From positions 4,939 to 48,341 of the forward strand of contig JBDRYB010000014.1 of assembly GCA_039803205.1 (NCBI GenBank): a stretch of 43,403 bases of DNA, read 5' to 3'. The notes below the pieces were generated by a model, which was not told the origin of the DNA, made no database searches, and worked only from the letters and a program-made list of their open reading frames with translations. Below, piece after piece: positions 1 through 8,888 of this stretch (position 1 is its first letter; the number at the start of each line of letters is the position of its first letter). Origin of the DNA: a candidate division WOR-3 bacterium. Lineage in GTDB: Bacteria > Hydrothermota > Hydrothermia > JBDRYB01. Made by a program: the position numbers and the translations under genes.

Positions 1-54
1 CCCCTAAAAAACCCCCAAACGTAACCCCCAAAACCCCACCCCCCCCCCCCCCCC
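1..54. other. Low-complexity C/A-rich contig end, probable sequencing artefact (reverse complement of a poly-G tail)
   Basis: Runs of C and A merge directly into a truncated CRISPR repeat whose first 3 nt (GTG) are replaced by CCC. Confidence 0.75.
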
Positions 55-3000
55 GCAATCCCTTCGTAATAAGGGAGTCGTTTCTACCAGATATCATACA
101 AGGAGATGGAGCAGATAATCAAAAGCTACTCGTGGCAATCCCTTCGTAATAAGGGAGTCGTTTCTACCAACCAAGGTTCTTTGAGATACATGGTATTAGT
201 GTTGGTGGCAATCCCTTCGTAATAAGGGAGTCGTTTCTACCCTGATGGGTTCGTCAGGGATGAAGGTGGCCGCATAGTTGCGTGGCAATCCCTTCGTAAT
301 AAGGGAGTCGTTTCTACCAAGAGATAGTAGATCTCCTCGGAGAGGAATACGAGGAGGGTGGCAATCCCTTCGTAATAAGGGAGTCGTTTCTACGACGCTT
401 AGGGGATGCAATAGGTCTTTGCCGTAGCAAATATCACGAGTGGCAATCCCTTCGTAATAAGGGAGTCGTTTCTACTACCTAATTTAAAAATCGGTGTGTC
501 ATTGCAGGCTGAAGGCAGTGGCAATCCCTTCGTAATAAGGGAGTCGTTTCTACTTCCCAGTCTAGAACCGAAGCTATACAAAATTGCTGTGGTAGTGGCA
601 ATCCCTTCGTAATAAGGGAGTCGTTTCTACCACAATCATATATATCCAAAGTTCCCATTGGGACTTATACTATTGGGTGGCAATCCCTTCGTAATAAGGG
701 AGTCGTTTCTACAACAGGGCAAGAAGTAGAGATCGGGGAGGAGGAGCTCGAAGAGCGTGGCAATCCCTTCGTAATAAGGGAGTCGTTTCTACGCCACTAC
801 TAGTTGGGGTACAGTAAGCTATAGAATGTGGCAATCCCTTCGTAATAAGGGAGTCGTTTCTACGGCAAGAAACTTGGATTCAAGAAGGTGATGGTTGAGT
901 ATGTAGTGGCAATCCCTTCGTAATAAGGGAGTCGTTTCTACCTGTTCAAATTCGGCCAATTTTGTAATATCATCTTGTTCAGTGGCAATCCCTTCGTAAT
1001 AAGGGAGTCGTTTCTACGTTGCCACCGAAGCTTCCGACCGCAAGTGCTCTTTTGGTGGCAATCCCTTCGTAATAAGGGAGTCGTTTCTACTATTATGCTC
1101 TTAACGGAGTAGTGACTCATATACCTGGCTCTGTGGCAATCCCTTCGTAATAAGGGAGTCGTTTCTACAAACACTGATACTAAAACACAGGCGCTCACTT
1201 TATACTAATGTGGCAATCCCTTCGTAATAAGGGAGTCGTTTCTACCATGAAGATGATCCGTGTAGTCTTTGACACCCCATACGGTGGCAATCCCTTCGTA
1301 ATAAGGGAGTCGTTTCTACGATATAAAGTAGCACCCAAGAAAAACTGAAAAATATCCCAAAGAGTGGCAATCCCTTCGTAATAAGGGAGTCGTTTCTACG
1401 AGCCGGGAGGGAATACTATGAGCACCATGTTAATACCAGTTCTGGTGGCAATCCCTTCGTAATAAGGGAGTCGTTTCTACCACAGGGGATTGTAAAATGA
1501 GCGAGAAAGAGCCTTATAAGAACGTGGCAATCCCTTCGTAATAAGGGAGTCGTTTCTACATAGTTATACAAGTTCAAGGGTTCAGAAGTTTCCGGTGGGG
1601 AAAGTGGCAATCCCTTCGTAATAAGGGAGTCGTTTCTACTAAATCCATAAAACCTGAGCCTGCTCCGTTTCCCGATGTTGTGGCAATCCCTTCGTAATAA
1701 GGGAGTCGTTTCTACTAGTTTTCCTTGCCGCGCCATTTCGACAAAATCTTCGGTGGCAATCCCTTCGTAATAAGGGAGTCGTTTCTACATGATTATTACT
1801 CCAAGAGGAGGTCAGCATACGTTCCGCGTGGCAATCCCTTCGTAATAAGGGAGTCGTTTCTACTGAGACTTATCAACCTCACCCCTCACACAGTGGTGTT
1901 GAGGTGGCAATCCCTTCGTAATAAGGGAGTCGTTTCTACATAAACCAGGGAGTTATGCCTATCAGAAAGAGAGATCGCCGTGGCAATCCCTTCGTAATAA
2001 GGGAGTCGTTTCTACATGGTTCCCATGAACCCGGCGCACGCGTGGAGCACCTTGTGTGGCAATCCCTTCGTAATAAGGGAGTCGTTTCTACTTATATTCT
2101 TTTAGGCTCTCTAGCATTGCTTACCTCCTTTATGTGGCAATCCCTTCGTAATAAGGGAGTCGTTTCTACAGCAATTGCTTCATGGGCTCTGGCTCGAGTA
2201 CCTCACAGAGCTGTGGCAATCCCTTCGTAATAAGGGAGTCGTTTCTACAGGAGCTGATGTATCTCCCCCTGGTGGCCCTGAGGGCTTTAACGTGGCAATC
2301 CCTTCGTAATAAGGGAGTCGTTTCTACCTGGATAAGTTGCACTGCGAATACAGCACAGAAACAAAGTTCAGGTGGCAATCCCTTCGTAATAAGGGAGTCG
2401 TTTCTACAAGATAAAAGAGATAGACTGGAAGGAAAGAGGATTGACCTGGGTGGCAATCCCTTCGTAATAAGGGAGTCGTTTCTACGTGTAGGGTTGTTGA
2501 GTGTCTACCAGATACCGGGAAGCTAGTGTGGCAATCCCTTCGTAATAAGGGAGTCGTTTCTACGAGGCTATTGAAAGCGCTGAGGAACCTTTATAGGAGG
2601 TGTGTGTGGCAATCCCTTCGTAATAAGGGAGTCGTTTCTACTGGAGCTCATGTGCCGTTCCCAGCCCCAGTTCCCCGTGGCAATCCCTTCGTAATAAGGG
2701 AGTCGTTTCTACCTGATAATTGGAGCAGGAATGGGCCTTCTGGGGTTAACTCTTTTGTGGCAATCCCTTCGTAATAAGGGAGTCGTTTCTACGCTACAAC
2801 GCCCGCTCCTGAAGGCTGGACGCCTCCGAAGGTGGCAATCCCTTCGTAATAAGGGAGTCGTTTCTACGAAACTTCTGATTGGTTAACTGCAATGTTAACT
2901 GGCAGTGGCAATCCCTTCGTAATAAGGGAGTCGTTTCTACCCCCTGGTTCCGAGCTTTGTGCTGGGGCTGTAAGAGGAGGTGGCAATCCCTTCGTAATAA

Positions 3001-4016
3001 GGGAGTCGTTTCTACGCCTTGTGGGAGAAAGGCGGGGGATATTCCAACACCGGCCACGCTGTGGCAATCCCTTCGTAATAAGGGAGTCGTTTCTACTCCT
3101 GTCTTCCAGAAGTTTAGCTACTACATTTTCCATTATATCGTGGCAATCCCTTCGTAATAAGGGAGTCGTTTCTACGTTGAGCTAAGTGGCTACGGAACAG
3201 AGCTTGATGGATTTCCGTGGCAATCCCTTCGTAATAAGGGAGTCGTTTCTACAAGAGGTGAGGTTGGTAAACCTCACCCCTCATGTTATGTGGCAATCCC
3301 TTCGTAATAAGGGAGTCGTTTCTACGTGAGATGAAAATAGAAATAGAAAGAACAAAAAAGGGGTTCCCCGCCGTGGCAATCCCTTCGTAATAAGGGAGTC
3401 GTTTCTACAAGGACAAGAGGTTCAGTTGGTGAACCTCACCCCCCAGTGGCAATCCCTTCGTAATAAGGGAGTCGTTTCTACGGGCGCTAAGGTGGTAATT
3501 GAACGAATAGACAGGGACGGGTGGCAATCCCTTCGTAATAAGGGAGTCGTTTCTACCCGCAGGATGGTACTCTATACATCGTCTCCTCCCTAGTGGCGGG
3601 TGGCAATCCCTTCGTAATAAGGGAGTCGTTTCTACGTAATAGATTTGCTGAAGTTCAGTATGTTGGTTCTGCTAAGGCCAGTGGCAATCCCTTCGTAATA
3701 AGGGAGTCGTTTCTACTCCTATTATAGATAATATATGTAATGGATATATCAAGGCTGGTGGCAATCCCTTCGTAATAAGGGAGTCGTTTCTACAGCGCTT
3801 GCTTAAATCCGACTTCTTGGGCCTTTAGTTTGTGGCAATCCCTTCGTAATAAGGGAGTCGTTTCTACTAGTTGTCACAGATTCTTTCCATACCCAATCTC
3901 TTGCAGTGGCAATCCCTTCGTAATAAGGGAGTCGTTTCTACAGGAGTATCGCGAAGAGGACGGAGACACAATAGAGATAGGTGGCAATCCCTTCGTAATA
4001 AGGGAGTCGTTTCTAC
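52..4016 (-). CRISPR. CRISPR array: 52 repeats (first one partial) of 36 bp, 51 spacers of 35-47 nt; truncated at the left contig end
   Basis: Invariant repeat GTGGCAATCCCTTCGTAATAAGGGAGTCGTTTCTAC on + (starts at 132, 205, 282 ... 3906, 3981). Its reverse complement GTAGAAACGACTCCCTTATTACGAAGGGATTGCCAC has a CCCTT/AAGGG hairpin followed by an 8-nt ATTGCCAC handle. The leader and cas genes lie to the right on the minus strand, so crRNA is inferred to be minus strand. Confidence 0.98.
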
Positions 4017-4196
4017 AGCCACCCCCAAACTCCTTGTCATAAAGGGACTCTGTATCCCGTTTTGTCGCGAGGGCATCGGAGCCATCCTTTTCACTCACCC
4101 GAAGAGTATACAGCTCCCCGCCGGTGGGGATCAAGAAAACCCTGTATCACCGGCGGGGAGCAGGGTTTCGTGGTCCGTGCCTTCTTCTGTCGCGAC
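4017..4196 (-). promoter_or_regulatory. CRISPR leader between cas2 and the first repeat
   Basis: 180-bp non-coding gap abutting the terminal repeat; contains a perfect 14-bp inverted repeat (4113-4126 / 4148-4161) and two TCGCGA motifs. Confidence 0.8.
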
Positions 4197-4481
4197 TCAC
4201 ACTATCCAGAAATCCGGATCAGGCGTCGGTTCCGCGAGGCCCAGGTATTCGCACTGCCTCTCACAGCGAGAGCACAGTCGGTATATCCGTATGGAGTCCT
4301 TCTCAGGGTCTATGAGCCTCGCGACGCGTTCCATCATTCGTTCGGTCTGCCGCTCAGAAAGGTGGGCCTCAAAAACGCTCTTCTGCACCGCGTAGCCCCA
4401 TCTCATCAGCTCCTTGTGAACCCTGAGGCGGGTTTTATCGTCCGTGATATCGTAGCTTATCACGACAAGCATGGTCATCAC
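4197..4481 (-). CDS. cas2: CRISPR-associated endonuclease Cas2
   Basis: 94 aa; VISYDITDDKTR and VQKSVFE motifs, DSIRIYRLC; directly downstream of cas1. Confidence 0.96.
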   Translation of the reverse strand: MMTMLVVISYDITDDKTRLRVHKELMRWGYAVQKSVFEAHLSERQTERMMERVARLIDPEKDSIRIYRLCSRCERQCEYLGLAEPTPDPDFWIV

Positions 4482-5437
4482 TCCAGGAGAAAGGGCTCAT
4501 AATCAGAGTTGTCCCTTATGGCCCTGCTCAACTTCTCTGCTTGCTTTCGGATCAGGGGCCTGAAGCGCAAGGCCCTCCTCTCGTAGTGAGCCAGAAATCG
4601 TTTTCTCGTTTCTGGTGTCATGAGGAAACCGCCTTCTGGGGTTGGTCGGAAGCCTTCTTGGAGGTCCACCATTCGCCTTGAAACCAGATTCAGGACGACC
4701 ATATCAACGAAGGGATGCCTAAACTCCTCCATGAGGTCCAGGGCCAGAGCCGGCCTTCCGTGCTTTATGCCGTGATAAAAGCCTATGAAGGGGTCAAGCC
4801 CGTGGGCGGCGAGAGCTGATGTGCAATCCGAAACCAGGATCGCATATCCATACGAGAGCATGGAGTTGATCGGGTCTTTTGGGGGCCTTCTCGTCCTGCG
4901 GAACTCGTTGAGCCCAAGCAAGAGGCTCCCGAAAGCGTTGAAGTAAATGGAGGTGCTGGCTCCCTCAAGCCCCATGAGGCCGTTTAGGCTAGTCTTCATT
5001 GGTATGCGGGAGCGTAATTCCCTCATCTCCTCAAGCGCATCGGCAAAGCCGGACTCCCTTCGGTAAAGGGCCTTCTGGATCACCCTTGCCTGGTTGTATA
5101 GCTTTGCCCGGATGAACTCCTTTGCAAGACATAAGGAGCGACCGGAGTCGCTGTGTGTTCTGTATTGAGAAAGCCTCAGGGGCGCGTTCACGGAACGAAG
5201 GGGTTCAAGGGACCCCTTGAACCTGCCGTCTGTTCCCAGGAACACCGTGGCAACCCCCATCTCAAGCAGGGCGCATAGGGCCTGGGTTGATACCTGAACA
5301 TAACCCTCAATCACGACCCTCTCGGTGTTGGCTATTGGAACCTCAAGGAGAAGCTGGCTCTCCTTCTCAACAAGGAGCCTTCCGCCTTCCTTTCTGAGCA
5401 CAGAGCCTTGCTCCACGAGATAAAGAGTCCCGGCCAT
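4478..5437 (-). CDS. cas1: CRISPR-associated endonuclease Cas1 (not RT-fused)
   Basis: 319 aa; TLYLVEQG N-terminus, LMGLEG, RRPPKDPINSMLSYGY, GLDPFIGFYH, LALDLMEEFR (catalytic E/H/E present). Confidence 0.97.
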   Translation of the reverse strand: MAGTLYLVEQGSVLRKEGGRLLVEKESQLLLEVPIANTERVVIEGYVQVSTQALCALLEMGVATVFLGTDGRFKGSLEPLRSVNAPLRLSQYRTHSDSGRSLCLAKEFIRAKLYNQARVIQKALYRRESGFADALEEMRELRSRIPMKTSLNGLMGLEGASTSIYFNAFGSLLLGLNEFRRTRRPPKDPINSMLSYGYAILVSDCTSALAAHGLDPFIGFYHGIKHGRPALALDLMEEFRHPFVDMVVLNLVSRRMVDLQEGFRPTPEGGFLMTPETRKRFLAHYERRALRFRPLIRKQAEKLSRAIRDNSDYEPFLLE

Positions 5438-5538
5438 CTCCGTTTCGGGTTGGCCGCAGAGGATCCGGTAGTTCGGTTCCTGTCCCGCTCATCAAACCGC
5501 CTCTTTGCCAAAGAGCAAACCCAGGCTCGGAGCCTGGC

Positions 5539-6633
5539 TCAATCAACCCTTCTCAGCTTCACCCAGCCGAAGACGGGTTTATCCTGGTATTCTGTTGCTG
5601 ATATAACCTCCCTTGTTTTGGGCATAAAATTCTGCCAGTTATACCCTGCGAGACGCACGGTTTTCCTGTGTCTTCCGGTGCCTCGGGCCATTGAGAGGAT
5701 TGCCTCGCCGGAGGAAGTGGGGATCTGAAGCATACCGCTGTTGTAAAAAGACTCAACCAGATTGTAGAGACTTCTCTGGGAAGCTTTATTTTCTCGGTTG
5801 TCATATAGCTTACCCTTGCGGTCTTTGAGGATCTTGTTTTTGACCTCACCTAGAGATTCTTGTTCCGATGCGAGGACGGCCTGTGAGAAGAGGTTACTCG
5901 CCCCCAACAGCTCGCGCACGATGGTTTCAGGATCAGAGCCGAGACCCGTTTTTTCAAACCATTTCCCGGCAAAGCTGTGTCCGAGATGGATCTTGATCGT
6001 AAAGGTGAATTTCCTTCCCGGAGGCACGATTTCCCAGTAGTTGATCAGCTTCCTTCTGGAACCTATCCTCTGGCTTTTCACTACTTGAAGAACACCATCA
6101 TCGGGCTCTTTGGGCAGGGCATCGGACACGCCAATGGCCTTGAAGACATCGTCAAAGCCTCCGCCTTCCTCTTTCTCCCTGAAAAGATCTTCTACATCAC
6201 GGTAAGGTTTCCCTTTCTTGACCAAGGCAAAGGCCGCGGCGGTTCGGAGCGCGCCCTTGATTGAACTGCCTGGGATATATGGCCTGCTGTTGAGGTCCTT
6301 GATGAATGTGTGTATCTCTTGGCACCGCCCTGGAAGGAAGTCCTTAACCAGAACCCTCATTACCCTCTCCGCGCCTTTTTCCCCTTCAAGGTTTATTACC
6401 AGGGTTTCAACAGTTCTTTGGGAATCTGTGAGTCTCTCTCCCAAGTAGAAGATGCCTTCAGGGATCCTGTCCACGAAGTCTGGGTAATTATTCAAGATCC
6501 ACTCCAATTTCACCACATAGAGCTTGTTCTGGTGGAAGATGTATTCCATGGAGAGCAAGCTTGAACCGTCGCCTATGTGCAGAGGTGTAAGGATCTCCAG
6601 CTCCATATTAAAGACTTCATAAACCTTATCCAT
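5539..6633 (-). CDS. csm5: Type III-A RAMP subunit Csm5 (Cas7 group)
   Basis: LTPLHIGDG, PYIPGSSIKGALRTA, VSDA and C-terminal FGWV motifs; position after csm4. Confidence 0.9.
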   Translation of the reverse strand: MDKVYEVFNMELEILTPLHIGDGSSLLSMEYIFHQNKLYVVKLEWILNNYPDFVDRIPEGIFYLGERLTDSQRTVETLVINLEGEKGAERVMRVLVKDFLPGRCQEIHTFIKDLNSRPYIPGSSIKGALRTAAAFALVKKGKPYRDVEDLFREKEEGGGFDDVFKAIGVSDALPKEPDDGVLQVVKSQRIGSRRKLINYWEIVPPGRKFTFTIKIHLGHSFAGKWFEKTGLGSDPETIVRELLGASNLFSQAVLASEQESLGEVKNKILKDRKGKLYDNRENKASQRSLYNLVESFYNSGMLQIPTSSGEAILSMARGTGRHRKTVRLAGYNWQNFMPKTREVISATEYQDKPVFGWVKLRRVD

Positions 6634-7645
6634 CGTAGCTCTCCCTCTTCGTTGCCCTTACCGCGAAAGCGACTCCCTGGGCAATAACCGAAAAATCAGG
6701 CCTGTTCTCGCCCTCTGGCGTGACATCCGGGTTCTTTCCGGGGGTTGGGTTGTCCAGCCACGGCAAAACCGAGCCCTCGGCCATGTAAAGAACCGGACGC
6801 TTGAAGACATTCACACCGCCGGTCAAGCGAGAGCTATCAACCCTGCCTTTGCGGCGCTCGGTCCTGTAGGCGCTTATGGGATCTTTCCGGATCCTTTCCC
6901 ATTCATCGTGTTGGGGGTAATATAGGGAAAGCGAGACCCAGGCGTTGCCGTCTGTGAACTCCTCAAAAGGCATGTCTGTCTCCCCGAGCTCAAAGCAACC
7001 CATCCCGTATGTCGCGCCTCCTCCGAGTCCCCTGTCTCCGATGAACCTGAGAGCGGCCTTTGCCTTGTCTAGCCATTCGTCCTCGCCTCTCATAACGAGC
7101 CAGGCCCCGGCCGACAGGATGACCAGGCGCTGGTAAAACAGGTCAGTCTCACCGCCTGTTCTGGGAACCCTGACCCTGGGCCGCTCATTGAGCTTACCAG
7201 GGGAGGGATATTTCTTGAAGTCCTCATCGGTCTTCAGATCCTTCAGACACTCAAGGGAACCCTCGGATACGGCCTTCTGGAAATCATCAGCCTTGAGCCA
7301 CCTCAACTTCTTGCGCCTCTTGAAGATCTCGTATTGCGCCTCATCCTGGAAATCCCCGCCGGGAGTTTCATACATGGGTTTGGGCAGGAAGAAATAGCGC
7401 GGAGGCTCAACAACGATGTCCTCGCCTTTGTCATCTTTCTCATACGCGCACGGGAACACCGAAGAGAGAACCAGGGGAGGGGATTTCTCGTAGAGGTCAA
7501 GGAACTCGGTTTTCGGGTCCCCAATGAGGCCCAGCTCCTTCATTGCCCAGACCAGAGCGCCGAAGAGGGTGTCGGAGCGAGGAAGCTCGTTCTGAAAGAC
7601 GAGAGGCCCGGATAGGGGTTTAAGTCTGAGAGCGAGGGTTTTCAT
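6626..7645 (-). CDS. csm4: Type III-A RAMP subunit Csm4 (Cas5 group)
   Basis: RSDTLFGAL, LSSVFP, FFLPKP, GLGGGATYGMGCF, SLSLYYP and MAEGSV motifs. Confidence 0.92.
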   Translation of the reverse strand: MKTLALRLKPLSGPLVFQNELPRSDTLFGALVWAMKELGLIGDPKTEFLDLYEKSPPLVLSSVFPCAYEKDDKGEDIVVEPPRYFFLPKPMYETPGGDFQDEAQYEIFKRRKKLRWLKADDFQKAVSEGSLECLKDLKTDEDFKKYPSPGKLNERPRVRVPRTGGETDLFYQRLVILSAGAWLVMRGEDEWLDKAKAALRFIGDRGLGGGATYGMGCFELGETDMPFEEFTDGNAWVSLSLYYPQHDEWERIRKDPISAYRTERRKGRVDSSRLTGGVNVFKRPVLYMAEGSVLPWLDNPTPGKNPDVTPEGENRPDFSVIAQGVAFAVRATKRESYDG

Positions 7646-8465
7646 TTCCCACGACTTCCTTGAGCTTTTTTATCAAACAACCCTTTTCCTCTTCGGTCAT
7701 CCTTATCTTTACACCTTCCACAGGTTCCTCGCGGTCGCCCTTCAAATAGTAGTCTTTGCTCCTGAAGACCACCTTCAGGTCCTTGAATTCAACCTGGCCT
7801 GATCCTCTCGTTCCCATTCCTCCGAGATAGGAATCCTCAAGGAGGGCCATGGCCTTGAAGATATAGGGGAAGAACTCAATATCCAGTCTCTCGTTCTCGC
7901 CGGGTATCTCGTATATAGAGTAGACCATTGAGAACTCAAACTCGGTTCCCTCTGGGACGCGCTCAACTGGCCTGGGATGTTCCGCTTTGCCGCTTATCCT
8001 GTCAATGGCGTTCTCGTATTTCAACTCAGTCTCAGAGCCGAGATTCTTAAACCGCTCAAGGCTACTCTGATCCGGAAACGCATCCCTCACGATAAGCCTT
8101 GAGGGGCCATATGTCCTTTCACTTTCGGCTGGACTTCCAAAAACACGGCATATGGGACAATCTGGTTTCCCGCACCTACATCCGTATCTGGTTCGGCCAT
8201 CTTTGATCCTGGTTTTGTCTCCCTCTTTTTCTGTTTCAGGTCTTCCCCTGGTATGTAGTTTGTCTTCTATCCATTCTAGGAGCGACCGAAGCTTTCCCTT
8301 TAAGGATGAACCTGGTATATACGGAATGTCCTCCAGCGTTTTTATAACCGGGTTGTCCATGCCTCCTATCTCGTAGGCGTCCTTTGCACCGCCTATGTGG
8401 AGGGCTGTTTTGCACCGGATCCTGCCCTCTAGGATGATATTCCCTATAAACTTATACTCGTTCAT
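7620..8465 (-). CDS. csm3: Type III-A backbone RNase Csm3
   Basis: TALHIGG, IGGMDNPV (catalytic Asp), PYIPGSSLKGKLRSLLE, CPICRVFG, ENAIDR, ERVP, YLGGMGTRGSGQV. Confidence 0.96.
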   Translation of the reverse strand: MNEYKFIGNIILEGRIRCKTALHIGGAKDAYEIGGMDNPVIKTLEDIPYIPGSSLKGKLRSLLEWIEDKLHTRGRPETEKEGDKTRIKDGRTRYGCRCGKPDCPICRVFGSPAESERTYGPSRLIVRDAFPDQSSLERFKNLGSETELKYENAIDRISGKAEHPRPVERVPEGTEFEFSMVYSIYEIPGENERLDIEFFPYIFKAMALLEDSYLGGMGTRGSGQVEFKDLKVVFRSKDYYLKGDREEPVEGVKIRMTEEEKGCLIKKLKEVVGNENPRSQT

Positions 8466-8477
8466 GGTTCACCTCAC

Positions 8478-8888
8478 CTATTCTTTGGCACTATGGAAGT
8501 AGTGATAACCTACCAGACATTCAAAGAAGTCGCAGAATCCAAGAACTTCCTTCTTGAACTCCTCTGGGTTGCTCCGTAGGTTCTTAACCCTCTCCACAAA
8601 CACATCTATCAGAGGCTTGAGGGCATCAACGCCTTTAACCCCTTGCCTTTTGCTGTCATACGCGGCCTTTGCCTTCATCTTAAGAAGCTTCACCTTCGCC
8701 TGGTCTACTGTCTTCTTACCAGCCTTCAGTTCTGTAGCTATTTCCTTTATCTGGCAGAAGTATTCTCTGATCTTGGTTCTTTCTAGCTTCTTCTCGACAA
8801 GGTGTCTAGCTTCCGCCTCCGCTTGCTCCATGGCTTCCTGATAATTACCATCTTTTATAAGCTCCTTCGTGCTTTTTCCATTGCTCAT
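8478..8888 (-). CDS. csm2: Type III-A small subunit Csm2 (Cas11)
   Basis: Start re-assigned to ATG 8888 (ATGA overlap with the cas10 stop, GGAGG upstream); helical 136 aa with TKIREYF, KAKAAYDSKR, FCDFFECLVGYHYF. Confidence 0.9.
   Translation of the reverse strand: MSNGKSTKELIKDGNYQEAMEQAEAEARHLVEKKLERTKIREYFCQIKEIATELKAGKKTVDQAKVKLLKMKAKAAYDSKRQGVKGVDALKPLIDVFVERVKNLRSNPEEFKKEVLGFCDFFECLVGYHYFHSAKE

Noticed and set aside
1..54. C-rich tract resembling a telomere or G-quadruplex repeat
   Set aside because: Irregular, at the contig edge and overwriting a repeat; best explained as a poly-G read artefact
793..827. Spacer peptide ATTSWGTVSY resembles WDTNWGTVEL in the 12665-13042 lipoprotein (possible self-targeting)
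   Set aside because: The nucleotide sequences do not match
52..4016. Repeat end TTTCTAC resembles the Cas12a repeat core
   Set aside because: No type V effector is present; hairpin, 8-nt tag and adjacent csm genes indicate type III on the opposite strand
196..4134. Many 60-174 aa ORFs with recurring VETTPLLRRDCH / GNPFVIRESFL / WQSLRNKGVVST
   Set aside because: They are translations of the CRISPR repeat, not genes
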